Shown piece by piece: positions 28,274 to 38,370 of a DNA stretch of 64,000 bases. Numbering within the stretch: position 1 is the stretch's first letter; every line of letters begins with the position of its first letter. The DNA is from Planctomycetota bacterium (GTDB lineage: Bacteria; Planctomycetota; B15-G4), in NCBI GenBank assembly GCA_965248575.1, contig CBDFJQ010000002.1, forward strand, positions 3,936,001 to 4,000,000, given 5' to 3'. The notes beneath the pieces were generated by a model. It worked only from the letters and a program-made list of their open reading frames with translations. It had not been told where the DNA came from and ran no database searches. The position numbers were made by a program, and so were the translations under genes.

Positions 28274-28636
28274 TTGATCAAGTTCATCATGTGTTTGAGG
28301 CGCCGCCGAGGGATGACCCGCGAGGACTTCAAGGAGTACTGGAAGAACAAGCACGGCCCGTTCTTCATGAAGAATGCAGAGAAGATGGGTGCCAAGAAAT
28401 ACGTGCAGTCTTACACCTTGAATACGCCACTGAATGAAGGCCTCAGGACTTCCAGGGGTATGCTTCCTGAATATGATGGTCTTGCGGAAGTCTGGTTCGA
28501 TTCAGAAGAAGCACTCCTGGAGGGAATGAGTTCTCCGGAAGGGCAACGACTGGGCGCGGCCTTGCTGGAGGATGAGGGCAACTTCATCGATCACTCGAAG
28601 TCCTCGGCGTTCATTGTTGAAGAGCACGAGTTCTAG
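28274..28636 (+). CDS. Cassette 20: EthD-family protein
   Basis: GMTREDFKEYW..KHGP, YVQS, YDGLAEVWFDS, DEGNFID. Confidence 0.9.
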   Translation: MIKFIMCLRRRRGMTREDFKEYWKNKHGPFFMKNAEKMGAKKYVQSYTLNTPLNEGLRTSRGMLPEYDGLAEVWFDSEEALLEGMSSPEGQRLGAALLEDEGNFIDHSKSSAFIVEEHEF

Positions 28637-28665
28637 AGTCGCTGGCCCAACCGGACGAGGTATCT

Positions 28666-29193
28666 GTGGGACAACTCCCAGAACTGCCTTCGGACAGCGA
28701 CCTTGAGATCCTCACGCCGCGTCTGAAACTGGTGCCGATGCGCAGCGTGCACGCTGCGATCATGTTCCCCGTTCTGTCGGACGCCAAGCTCTACGAGTTC
28801 ATCGGCGGTTCCCCTCCGTCTTCAGAAGAGTCGCTTGCGGATGTCTACGCCTCACGGGAATCGCGTCGATCGCCCGGTGGCGACCAACTTTGGCTCAACT
28901 GGCTCATGTGGGAGTCAGAGCAAGGGGAGGCCGTGGGATACACGCAGGCAACGGTCCATCCGACGCACGCCTACGTGGCTTGGCTCGTTGACACGCGGTG
29001 GCAAGGTCTTGGCCATGCGTCTGAAGCGGCAACGGCTCTCGTGAGGTGGCTGGTTGCACTAGGTGTGCAAGAGATTCGGGCGTGTGTGAACCTGGGCCAC
29101 ACGGCCAGTCGACGAGTGGCGCACAACGCTGGTCTGCGCATGACCAAGGACTTCATCGATGGTGAGGAAGCGTGGGCGTATCGTGCTCCGTGA
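28666..29193 (+). CDS. Cassette 21: GNAT (RimJ/RimL-like) acetyltransferase
   Basis: TPRLKL, WQGLGHASEAA, H.ASRRVA..AGL. Confidence 0.87.
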   Translation: MGQLPELPSDSDLEILTPRLKLVPMRSVHAAIMFPVLSDAKLYEFIGGSPPSSEESLADVYASRESRRSPGGDQLWLNWLMWESEQGEAVGYTQATVHPTHAYVAWLVDTRWQGLGHASEAATALVRWLVALGVQEIRACVNLGHTASRRVAHNAGLRMTKDFIDGEEAWAYRAP

Positions 29194-29312
29194 CGACCGG
29201 TTTCGGCTCCTGCATAGGGCATCAAGGAGACGCCGAGCATGGGCGTCGCTCCCTGCCATCTGAGCGGGTTAGAATTCTGCCCAGCCCGGCGGAGCCCACC
29301 ATCCCACCCCTC

Positions 29313-29534
29313 TTGAAATTCGGCGTCCCCTTGGGCCTGCTGGTCGTCGGCGTCCTCGTCCACTTCCTGGCAAAGGCCTACGACCGGGCGCGCGTCCGGT
29401 GGGCGCAGCGACGTGACCGCGCCTCGGCCGCATGGGTCGGGGGCCTGGCGATCTGCCTCATCGCCGCAGGGCTTGGCGTAGCCTTCCTGGTGGCAGGGCT
29501 GCTCATGGTCGTGTCGATGCCGATGGGGTTCTAA
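29313..29534 (+). CDS. Cassette 22: small 2-TM protein
   Basis: Bounded by GTTAGAA (29268) and complementary TTCTAAC (29529); start uncertain. Confidence 0.55.
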   Translation: MKFGVPLGLLVVGVLVHFLAKAYDRARVRWAQRRDRASAAWVGGLAICLIAAGLGVAFLVAGLLMVVSMPMGF

Positions 29535-29832
29535 CGGTCGCCACACCGGGCATCTGGGTGCTCAGCTTGGAGTCCTTCTGATCGGTCGTATGGCCAGCCA
29601 GCCATGCAAGCAGTCCTGCCCCCTGATCCCTGGTGCCCTGTACAAGACCGGCCCCCTGTGGGAGAACAGGCTGATTCGATCAGCCGCTCCGGAGTCACCT
29701 GCGGCAGGTCGCTTCAGTCGGGCGGGACCGACGAATGCACCCCAGTCAGGGCAAGACATGCGCGAGGCCGTTGCCCGTGCGCGTTGCGCTCCCTTTGCGT
29801 TCGTCGGAACATGAACCAGAAGAGGAAGCACG

Positions 29833-31608
29833 ATGACCAACAGGCTGCACGCGTTCCTTTCCATCGCTCTGGCGATCCTGATTCCGGCGACTGAGGCGGG
29901 CGCTCAAGAGCCTTCTCAGCAGCCCTCTCGAATGGCTGCGCCGCTCGTCCAGATGCATGCCGAGGCTTCGGCCGGCCTGCTCTGGCACACCGCGCGTTCG
30001 TCCGGTGCGCTGACGCTGTCGGTCTCTGGGCCTGCCGACTTCTCGCACCAAGCGCAGTTCGAGCGGGGCGCCACGCCCTTCTTGCCGCTCGTGAACAGCT
30101 TGGGGCAACGGCTGCCGGACGGCCTCTACAGCTATGAGTTCGTGGAGCGCCTGGAGTTCGCCCCGCACCTCGCCGCGGGTCTGCGTTCGGCGCGGCAAGC
30201 GGGCGATGAGGCGCTGGTCCAATCGCTCCTGGCGAGCGAGGGCACACCGCCCACTGCGACGAAGCAGACAGGATTCTTCCGCGTGCACGAGGGCTTGATC
30301 GTGACGCCCGACTCGCTCAGCGAGTCCACGGCGTCTGTCTCGAGCGGCCCCCAGGTGGACGTCGGCGATCCGGCCGTGTCCAAGCCTCCGTTCGGGGACG
30401 ACGACGACGACGGCGATGGCGACGGTGACGGCGACGACTTCTGGCCCGGGGACGGTGGGATCCCGGAGGACCAGGTCATCCTCGACGACCTGATCGTGGA
30501 CGGTAACCTGTGCGCGGGGATTGACTGTGTGGACGGCGAGTCCTTCAGTACAGACACCCTCCGGCTCAAGGCCAACAACCTTCGCATCCACTTCGACGAC
30601 ACGAGTAGCTCGGCCTCCTTTCCCCGGAACGACTGGAGGATCGAGGTCAACGACGACGCAAACGGCGGAGCGGACTACTTCGGGATCGAGGACACCACTG
30701 CGGGAAGGATGCCTTTCCGGGTGCTGGCAGGCGCGCAGGACGACGCGCTCTTCCTCACGTCCAACAAGGTGGGCTTCGGGACGGCGGCGCCCGTCGTGGA
30801 ACTGCACGTCGTCGACGGGGACACACCGACGCTGCGTCTGGATCAGGACGGCAGCAACGGCTTCACGCCCCAGACATGGGACGTCGCCGGTAACGAGGCT
30901 GGCTTCTTCATCCGCGATGTGACCAACGGTTCCACCCTGCCGTTCCGGCTCATCGACGGCGCTCCATCCAGCAGCATCCACATCGGATCGAATGGTGATG
31001 TGGGCTTCGGCAGTTCCTCTCCCCAACATCCCATCCACGTGCGGCGTTTGGACGGCACGGCCAAGATCCTGGTAGAGGAGCTTACGAGCACGCCTGACGA
31101 CCGGTCGCTGCTGGAGCTGAGCAACGAAGGCGGCGTGGCCATCGACCTGACGAACACCCGCCTGGGCAACATGTGGTCGCTGGGTACCAGCAACGCCGAC
31201 GAGTTCCGTATCACCACCGACGGGTTGACCCAGCTCCGGCTGGATGACGACGGGAACCTGTCCGTGCCAGGAGCTATGAACCAGCTCTCGGATGTGGGCG
31301 CCAAGCACGGTTTCGAGCCCGTGGACGGCGCCGAGATCCTGGAGAAAGTGGTCAGCCTGCCCTTGAGCAGCTGGAGCTACCGGCACGACGACACCGAGGC
31401 CCGCCACCTCGGGCCCATGGCGCAGGACTTCAGGGCGGCCTTTGCGCTGGGCGCCGATGAACGACACATCGCACCCATGGACGTGAGCGGCGTCACTCTC
31501 GTGGCGGTGCAGCAGTTGAACAGCAGGATCCTTGAGTTGGAGAGCCTGGTGGGTGCACTCAGCGCCCGCCTGGAAGCACTCGAAGCCGCGCAGTCGGAGG
31601 CAAAGTGA
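29833..31608 (+). CDS. Secreted fibre-like protein with C-terminal peptidase S74 intramolecular chaperone
   Basis: Signal peptide; beta-rich repeats (VGFGT..P..LHV); SDVGAK...WSY...HLGPMAQDF followed by coiled coil. Confidence 0.88.
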   Translation: MTNRLHAFLSIALAILIPATEAGAQEPSQQPSRMAAPLVQMHAEASAGLLWHTARSSGALTLSVSGPADFSHQAQFERGATPFLPLVNSLGQRLPDGLYSYEFVERLEFAPHLAAGLRSARQAGDEALVQSLLASEGTPPTATKQTGFFRVHEGLIVTPDSLSESTASVSSGPQVDVGDPAVSKPPFGDDDDDGDGDGDGDDFWPGDGGIPEDQVILDDLIVDGNLCAGIDCVDGESFSTDTLRLKANNLRIHFDDTSSSASFPRNDWRIEVNDDANGGADYFGIEDTTAGRMPFRVLAGAQDDALFLTSNKVGFGTAAPVVELHVVDGDTPTLRLDQDGSNGFTPQTWDVAGNEAGFFIRDVTNGSTLPFRLIDGAPSSSIHIGSNGDVGFGSSSPQHPIHVRRLDGTAKILVEELTSTPDDRSLLELSNEGGVAIDLTNTRLGNMWSLGTSNADEFRITTDGLTQLRLDDDGNLSVPGAMNQLSDVGAKHGFEPVDGAEILEKVVSLPLSSWSYRHDDTEARHLGPMAQDFRAAFALGADERHIAPMDVSGVTLVAVQQLNSRILELESLVGALSARLEALEAAQSEAK

Positions 31609-33074
31609 TGAGCAAGCACCACGACACCGAGTGCCGCAACGACCTGTACCAAACAACCGGGGCCGCGCAGATGCGAGGTCTCAGGATTCCCCAGGAAGCT
31701 TCTGCCGTGACGACCGCGTTCCGCTGGACGACGTCCCTCTGCCTCACCCTTTGCCTCGGTCTAGGCATGACGCAGGCCGCCGCAGCCCAAGTGCTCGACG
31801 GCAGCTTCGAAGGCCAGACCGCCTCAGTGCCCTTGGCCGCGCCCTGGATCGTGGGCAACATCTTCCAGGTCGCGGCCCCGGACGGGGCGGACGACGACGG
31901 GGGCATGCCCAAGCAGGGCGACCAGTGGGCGTCGCTGACCACCATGGGTTCGACGAACACGACACCGCCCGACAACCCCGGGGGCGTCACGACACCGTCC
32001 GCGGGCGGCAGAGGCATCCAGCAAAACTTCAGCTACGGCACGGAGGGCACAGGGCTCTCGTTCTCGGCGAGCTTCCTGGATGGGGAAGGCAACGACATCA
32101 TCAACGATTGGATGAGCGTCGACGTCAGCGATGGGATCACCACCGTGAACCTCTTCTACATGGACAGCTTCCTGGCGGCAGAGCTGCCCGTGGCCTTCTC
32201 CAGCGCTTACCCAGAGTTGCCGATCACGCAGCGCTTCGACGTCTCCGCCGATCTGCTGGAGCTGTTCCCGGCTTCGACAGGGGCGACGGTGTTCACCCTC
32301 AGCGCGTTGATGGGCAACGACCAGGACAGCGGCTTTCAATCCCGTGGATACGTCGACGACTTCGAGCTCGGCCTGGCGGCCCCGACCATCGTGCTGGGTG
32401 ACCGCGTCAAGGGCATGGTGAGCGAGGGCGACGGCTCCCGATTCCGCTTCGAAGCAACCGCCGGGACCCTGCTGTCGCTCAAGGCAGTGCGTTCCGGAGG
32501 CGACCTCCAGCCGGGGATCATGCTCACCGCTCCCAGCGGGGGCGTGCTGCTGACGCCTGCCGTCAGCGTGCTGTCCAGCAAGGCTGCGGGCACCAAGAAG
32601 TTTCCCCTGACGGAGACCGGTGTCTATGTGGTCGATGTCATGAGCCAGGCGGGCAGCGGGCCCTACTCCCTGAAGAGCAAGGCCAAGGCGGTGACCAAGG
32701 TGAAGGAGATCCTCTCGATCGGGGCCGTGGAGGGGACGTCGACCGTCTTCGCCCTCGACGCCGTGGCTGGGACCGTCCTCAAGCGCTTGACCGTGGCGAG
32801 CCTCAAGCCCAAGGGTGACTTCGCCATGATCGACGGGCTACCGGCCGACCTGTTCCCGGTCTTCCTGCCGGGGATGGATCCGGACGGCGACCCGCTCGTC
32901 TTCGAAGCGACCGCCAACAAGTCGGGCCGCAAGGTCACCGTGAAGAACCTCAACCTCCCGCTCGTGGGAACCTACGAGTTCGAAGTGGGCGGTGACGACG
33001 GGAGCATCGGCTACGCAAAGGCGTTGGCCAAACTCTCCGTCCCCAAGGGAAAGAGCACGGTCGAGATCCCGTAG
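31605..33074 (+). CDS. Secreted protein with C-terminal PPC-like beta domains
   Basis: Signal-like segment; two F.A.AGT.L...Y beta repeats; true start may be near 31708. Confidence 0.7.
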   Translation: MMSKHHDTECRNDLYQTTGAAQMRGLRIPQEASAVTTAFRWTTSLCLTLCLGLGMTQAAAAQVLDGSFEGQTASVPLAAPWIVGNIFQVAAPDGADDDGGMPKQGDQWASLTTMGSTNTTPPDNPGGVTTPSAGGRGIQQNFSYGTEGTGLSFSASFLDGEGNDIINDWMSVDVSDGITTVNLFYMDSFLAAELPVAFSSAYPELPITQRFDVSADLLELFPASTGATVFTLSALMGNDQDSGFQSRGYVDDFELGLAAPTIVLGDRVKGMVSEGDGSRFRFEATAGTLLSLKAVRSGGDLQPGIMLTAPSGGVLLTPAVSVLSSKAAGTKKFPLTETGVYVVDVMSQAGSGPYSLKSKAKAVTKVKEILSIGAVEGTSTVFALDAVAGTVLKRLTVASLKPKGDFAMIDGLPADLFPVFLPGMDPDGDPLVFEATANKSGRKVTVKNLNLPLVGTYEFEVGGDDGSIGYAKALAKLSVPKGKSTVEIP

Positions 33075-34916
33075 GTGAGGGCGAAGCGAGGCGCGGTGAT
33101 GTTGCGTGGCAGCATCCGTGCGCTGTGCTTCGGCTTCGCACTGAGCTGCCTCGTCGCTTGTGACGGTGTCTCCGACGCTAGGCCCGTCACCGCCGAGCTG
33201 GATACTGCGCTCTCGGTCGTGGAGTCGGAAGCCTCACGCGAGGCAACGATTGCAGGGGAGGCAGAGGGGGAGATCGAGGCCGATCTGTTCACGGACGTCG
33301 CCGACGCCGTCGGCCTCGACTTCGTGCACTTCAATGGCATGTCCGGACGCTTTGCCCTGCCTGAGATCAGCGGGTCGGGGGCGGCCCTGCTGGACTACGA
33401 CCGCGACGGGGATCTCGACGCGTACCTCGTCCAGGGAGCGGCGCTGCATCCGGAGGACGAGCCATGGTTCCCACCCGTCGGTCCGCTGCCGACCGCTGAC
33501 CGGCTGTTTCGCAACGAGCTCCAATCCGCAGGGCAGCGAGGCCCGCTGCGCTTCACCGATGTGACTGAAGCCAGCGGCATTCACGCCACGGGCTACGGCA
33601 TGGGCGTCGCCGTGGGGGACGTTGACGATGACGGCACCCCGGACATCTACGTCACGAACCACGGGCCCAACCAGCTCTGGCGCAACAGCAGCGCGGGGCG
33701 CTTCGAGGAGGTCAGCGTCGAGGCCGGCTGTGCGGACCCCGGCTGGAGTAGTAGCGCGACCTTCGTCGACATCGATCGGGACGGCGACCTGGACCTCTAC
33801 GTGGCCAACTACGTGCGCTTCTCCGACGACGTGGACTGCTACGCCACGAGCAGCCGCCTGGACTACTGCGGCCCCCTGTCCTTCCCCGCAGTCTCGGACA
33901 CGCTGTACCGGAACACGGGCGACGGCCGCTTCGAGGACGTCACCAGCCGCTCGCTCGTGGGCAACCGGCCGCGGCCCGGCTTGGGCGTGGTAGCCGCCGA
34001 CCTCGACGCGGACGGCTGGCCGGACCTGTGCGTGGCGAACGACGGCGCCCCGAACCAGCTGTGGTTGAACCAGCGCGACGGGACCTTCCGAGACGACGCC
34101 TTGCTGGCGGGTGTGGCCCTGAACGCCGAGGGCAAGCCCGAGGCCAGCATGGGCATCGACGCCGGAGACTTCGACGGCGATGGCGACGACGACCTCTTCA
34201 TGACGCACCTGATGGGGGAGAGCAACACCCTCTACGTCAACGACGGCGCAGGCCTGTTCACCGACCGCTCCATCCCGCTGGGGCTCGCGAGCGCGAGCCT
34301 TGGGTCCACGGCATTTGGGACGCACTGGGTGGACCACGACAACGACGGCTGGCTGGATCTGATGGCCATGAACGGCGCCGTGCGGGTGCTCGACGACCTC
34401 GTGCGGGAGGGCGACAGGCACCCCCTCGACCAGCGCAACCAGCTGTTCCGAAACCTGGGGGGCGAGCGTTTCGAGCAGCTGACTGACCGCGCCGGCCCAG
34501 CGTTCTTGTTGCGGGAGGTGAGTCGTGGAGCCGCTTTCGGCGATCTGGACGACGACGGGCGGATCGACGTGCTGATCATGAACAACAACGGCCGGAGCCG
34601 ACTGCTCAGGAACACGGGCGCGGCGCGCCATCACTGGTTGGGGCTGAGGTTCGTTCAGAGCGAAGGGGGCCTGGACGTCGTTGGTGTGCGCGTCGCCGTG
34701 TCGCTCCCCGATGGGCGCACTCTCTGGAGACGGACCCGACGGGATGGGAGCTATTGCTCCTCGAACGACCCGCGACTCGTGGTCGGGCTCGGCGCGACGC
34801 CACAGGCCGAAAGTGTGCGCGCGATCTGGCCCGACGGACTCAGCGAGCAGTGGCCGTCTCCCGCTGTCGACGCCTACACCACGCTCGTGAGGGGCAGCGG
34901 AGAACCCTCCCGATGA
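33075..34916 (+). CDS. CRTAC1-family FG-GAP/ASPIC-UnbV lipoprotein
   Basis: Repeated DxDxDGxxD motifs, SRGAAFGDLDDDG, GSYCSSND..GLG; lipobox LVAC. Confidence 0.92.
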   Translation: MRAKRGAVMLRGSIRALCFGFALSCLVACDGVSDARPVTAELDTALSVVESEASREATIAGEAEGEIEADLFTDVADAVGLDFVHFNGMSGRFALPEISGSGAALLDYDRDGDLDAYLVQGAALHPEDEPWFPPVGPLPTADRLFRNELQSAGQRGPLRFTDVTEASGIHATGYGMGVAVGDVDDDGTPDIYVTNHGPNQLWRNSSAGRFEEVSVEAGCADPGWSSSATFVDIDRDGDLDLYVANYVRFSDDVDCYATSSRLDYCGPLSFPAVSDTLYRNTGDGRFEDVTSRSLVGNRPRPGLGVVAADLDADGWPDLCVANDGAPNQLWLNQRDGTFRDDALLAGVALNAEGKPEASMGIDAGDFDGDGDDDLFMTHLMGESNTLYVNDGAGLFTDRSIPLGLASASLGSTAFGTHWVDHDNDGWLDLMAMNGAVRVLDDLVREGDRHPLDQRNQLFRNLGGERFEQLTDRAGPAFLLREVSRGAAFGDLDDDGRIDVLIMNNNGRSRLLRNTGAARHHWLGLRFVQSEGGLDVVGVRVAVSLPDGRTLWRRTRRDGSYCSSNDPRLVVGLGATPQAESVRAIWPDGLSEQWPSPAVDAYTTLVRGSGEPSR

Positions 34917-36598
34917 GCGCACCGAGGTGTGCACAGAAACATGTATCGAGGCTGCGCCTGACAGCGGGGCTCGTGGCGCTGGTGATCGGCGTGAGCAGCC
35001 CTGTGGCTCGCTCCGCATGGCATGCAACGCAAGACGGCACGCCGCCGCCAGCCGCAGCCTCACTCAGGTTGGGCGAGATCGGCCCGGGCGTCCCCGGCCT
35101 GCTGTCAGTGCCGCTGCCCGTGATTGGCGATCTCGAAGACGCGGTGCGAGAGCAGTTGAGCGAAGCCCAGGATGAGCTGCGCTTGGTTATCAAGCAGAGC
35201 CAGGGCGACGAGCAAGCCGAGCGTGGCCCGCTGCTCGCAACGGCCTACGCACACCTGGGTCGGCTGTATCACGCCTACGACCTGTGGGCTGCGGCGGCGA
35301 CCTGCTACGAGAACGCCTTGCGGCTGACGCCCGGGGATCCGCGCTTGCACTATGCCCTCGCCGAGCTTGCGCGCTCGGAAGGCCGGCTCGACGCTGCGCG
35401 GACGCACTACCAGCAGGTCCTCGTGCTGCGCCCGGACGACTTGGCAGCGCTGGTGCACCTGGGCGACCTGGAGTACACGCTCAACCGCCTTGAGGACGCG
35501 GAGCTCACGCTTCAGCAAGCGCTGCAGATCGACGAGGGCTGCGCGGCGGCGCGCGCTCTCTTGGGCCGGATCGCGCTCGCGCGCGGTGACGCGCAAGCGG
35601 CCGTTGACCAGCTCACTGTTGCACTCGAACACGCGCCCGAGGCCAACCGCCTGCACTATCCGCTGGGGATGGCCTATCGCGCGTTGGGCGACCTCGGTCG
35701 TGCGCGGGAGCACTTGGCGGCCAGCGGCGAGGTGGGCGTCACGGTGGCCTCGCCCATGGTGGCCGAGTTGCAAGCACTTGAGACCGGCGAACGATTGCAC
35801 CTGTTGCGTGGACGACAGGCTTATGCGGCGGGGCGCTACAGGTCGGCGGCCGCCTCCTTTCGCCGAGCGGTTGACGCTTCCCCCGAGAGTCGGCGGGCGC
35901 GTGTCAATCTCGGGGTTGCGCTGGCCGGCCTCGGCGACCTGGAGGGAGGGGTCGCTCAACTGCGCGAGGCGGTCCGCTTGGACCCTGAGAGCGTGGACGC
36001 GCGTTACAACCTCGGGTTGCTGCTGGCACGCGCCGGAGACGATGAGGAGGCCACCACGAGTTTGCGACAGGCTGTCCAATTGGATCCGGACGACACGGCG
36101 GCGCGGCTCGGGCTGGCCGACTTGCTGCGAAGTCGAGGGCGCAGCGCGGAAGCGCTCCAGGAGTACACCACTCTGTCGATGGCGCAGCCGACCCTTGAGC
36201 GGGCGCGCCTGGCCGAGGCTCAGCTTCTGGTGCAGTCTCGCCGTTACGCCGAAGCGCTTGAACGACTGGAAGACGCGCACGCCCTGATGCCCTGGCAGGG
36301 GCCGATCGCCCGCGCCCTCGCGCGACTGCTGGCGGCCTGCCCCGAGGCAAAGCTGCGCGACGGTGCCCGAGCGCTGGAGCTGGCGCTCCAGGTCCACGCG
36401 AGCTCACCGACGCCGGGCCATGCGGAAACGGTGGCGCTGGCGCTGGCCGAACTCGAGCGCTGCACGGAGGCGGCGCGTTGGCAACGGGAAGCGATCCAGG
36501 CCGCCGTGGCCGCAGGCGACGACGGCCTGGCGCAGGGCTTGCAGCGAGCCTTGGCCCGCTACGAAGCGGGTGCGCCGTGCCGTCCTCCCGTCGACTGA
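34913..36598 (+). CDS. TPR-repeat protein
   Basis: Multiple TPRs; LAACP..LRDGARA C-terminus; ATGA overlap. Confidence 0.9.
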   Translation: MSAPRCAQKHVSRLRLTAGLVALVIGVSSPVARSAWHATQDGTPPPAAASLRLGEIGPGVPGLLSVPLPVIGDLEDAVREQLSEAQDELRLVIKQSQGDEQAERGPLLATAYAHLGRLYHAYDLWAAAATCYENALRLTPGDPRLHYALAELARSEGRLDAARTHYQQVLVLRPDDLAALVHLGDLEYTLNRLEDAELTLQQALQIDEGCAAARALLGRIALARGDAQAAVDQLTVALEHAPEANRLHYPLGMAYRALGDLGRAREHLAASGEVGVTVASPMVAELQALETGERLHLLRGRQAYAAGRYRSAAASFRRAVDASPESRRARVNLGVALAGLGDLEGGVAQLREAVRLDPESVDARYNLGLLLARAGDDEEATTSLRQAVQLDPDDTAARLGLADLLRSRGRSAEALQEYTTLSMAQPTLERARLAEAQLLVQSRRYAEALERLEDAHALMPWQGPIARALARLLAACPEAKLRDGARALELALQVHASSPTPGHAETVALALAELERCTEAARWQREAIQAAVAAGDDGLAQGLQRALARYEAGAPCRPPVD

Positions 36599-36693
36599 GG
36601 GCGTGGAGGGCGTCTTGGAGATGCGCGCGGGGTCTTAGGCAAAGATCACGAGACGACCGTGGTTAGCCGTCCTGCTCGTGCTCAGAGGTGGGG

Positions 36694-38370
36694 TCACCGG
36701 CGGTCGAGTTGCAGCCGCTTGATGCCTGCGGTCTCTGCACTCATGCCAGCGACAACCCCATCGGCCGATCGACGGAAGCTGATCTTCAGAGCCGGGTTGG
36801 CGCACACGAAGACGTCCGCGCCGACGGACTCCAACGGACTTGCAGGATCTCCGGCCTTGGGAGGCACGATGTTCAGGTTGCCGCCCTTCGCTTCCACCGT
36901 CCATTCGGCGTCGAACAACTCAGGGGCGGTGTAGACGCCTCTGTAGTCCTCCGCGACGTAATCCACCGGAGCGGTGCGTTCGAAGCTGGTGAGGTACTCG
37001 CCCTCGTAGAACCAATCGAGGGCAGTTGGTTGGTCTTCCATGGGCGCGCGGAACTCCACCGTGCTGACTGAAAGCACGACGGTCTCTCCCTGCCGATGGG
37101 TGTCCAAGGGGAGCTTTGGCATCACGTTGGGCAACTCAGCGTTCCACGTCCCGAACTTGCTGCTCAACGTGAGCTCGTAATAGGTGTCATCCATGAAGGC
37201 GTAGTAGACACCGCTCAGGTCGGGCACTTGCTCCGGGTCCATGCGCACGCGCGCGAGATCGTCCGGGCTCGACTTGCCTGACGTGCCGCCTGCCTGCGAG
37301 TCGGCGACTCCCCGGATCGATCGAGCCAAGGCTTGCGCGTTCAGCATGTCGGTGTTGGACAGCACGACGATGGCGTCGCGAGAGTCGGGCGAGACAGCGA
37401 AGTAGGTTGAACAGCCGGGCGTGCCGCCGCCGTGCTCGTAGCTCACGGCACCTGCGAACTGGGTCACCCAGATCCCACAGGCGTATTGACCATTGCGGCC
37501 GTCCCCGACCTCTGGAGAGCGGTAGCGATCTTGTTGCAACCCAGGGCTTCCGATGCTCTGGGCGTAGGTGTTGCGTGCCCAGCGGAGCATGTCTTCGACC
37601 GTCGAGTAGAGGCCGGTGCCTCCGTGTGCTCGTACCGGTACCGGCTTGCCGTTCTGATCGCTCCCGTAATGGTGCGCACCCTGGCTGAGCAGTCGACGAT
37701 CCTCGACGAGATAGGTGGAGCTGCTCATCCCCAAGGGCTCGAAGATCCGCTCTTGGACCGTGGCTTGATAGGGCGCGCCGGTGATGTTCTGGATGAGCCG
37801 GCGCAGCAGGACATAGTTTGAGTTCGAGTAGTGAAAGGCAGTGCCGGGCTCGAAGTTCGTCGCGGTTTGCTCGACGAGTATTTCGTAGGGTTCCCAACCC
37901 CACGGATGGCCCGCCATGCGCATCAGCTCATAGTGCTCACGGATGCCGCTCGTGTGCGTGAGCAGATGGCGAACGCTCACACCCCGCAGTTGCATCTCCG
38001 GCAGATGTTCGGAGATGTCATCCTCAAGGGTCAGCTCGCCGTCATCCACCAGCATGAGAACGGCTTGCGCGACGAATTGCTTGTCGTTGGACGCCATGTA
38101 GGTGGGTGTCTGCGTGCTGAAGGCGACGCCCTCTTCGATACCCGCCATGCCTACGGCATGGACGTAGAGCTGCTCGTCATCGCGAAGGATGCCCACCGCC
38201 ACACCGGGGGCAGCGGAGGAGTCGAACTCCGCCATGAGGGCATCGACTTCGGGCCAACTCTGGCGGAGCACCCTTGTTGCACCACTCTGTTCGAGCTCTC
38301 GCGTGATGGAGGGCGTCTGGGCAAGCAGCGAGCTTGTCAGGGCAGCACAGGTGATCAGGGCAGCGAGCAT
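36694..38370 (-). CDS. Serine hydrolase (beta-lactamase class C/PBP-like)
   Basis: SNDK (SxxK), LLTHTSG, YSN, HGG motifs; signal peptide. Confidence 0.9.
   Translation of the reverse strand: MLAALITCAALTSSLLAQTPSITRELEQSGATRVLRQSWPEVDALMAEFDSSAAPGVAVGILRDDEQLYVHAVGMAGIEEGVAFSTQTPTYMASNDKQFVAQAVLMLVDDGELTLEDDISEHLPEMQLRGVSVRHLLTHTSGIREHYELMRMAGHPWGWEPYEILVEQTATNFEPGTAFHYSNSNYVLLRRLIQNITGAPYQATVQERIFEPLGMSSSTYLVEDRRLLSQGAHHYGSDQNGKPVPVRAHGGTGLYSTVEDMLRWARNTYAQSIGSPGLQQDRYRSPEVGDGRNGQYACGIWVTQFAGAVSYEHGGGTPGCSTYFAVSPDSRDAIVVLSNTDMLNAQALARSIRGVADSQAGGTSGKSSPDDLARVRMDPEQVPDLSGVYYAFMDDTYYELTLSSKFGTWNAELPNVMPKLPLDTHRQGETVVLSVSTVEFRAPMEDQPTALDWFYEGEYLTSFERTAPVDYVAEDYRGVYTAPELFDAEWTVEAKGGNLNIVPPKAGDPASPLESVGADVFVCANPALKISFRRSADGVVAGMSAETAGIKRLQLDRR

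Larger units (their letters stand above)
16909..29535 (+). mobile_element. Chromosomal integron with ~22 cassettes, integrase co-oriented with the array
   Basis: intI + attI-like site + 19 attC sites + remnants; all cassette ORFs on +. Confidence 0.93.

Noticed and set aside
29833..31608. Prophage, suggested by tail-fibre chaperone domains
   Set aside because: Both fibre proteins have signal peptides; no terminase, capsid, portal or tail genes are in the window.
36694..38370. Bona fide beta-lactamase resistance gene
   Set aside because: Motifs support only the broad serine hydrolase family.
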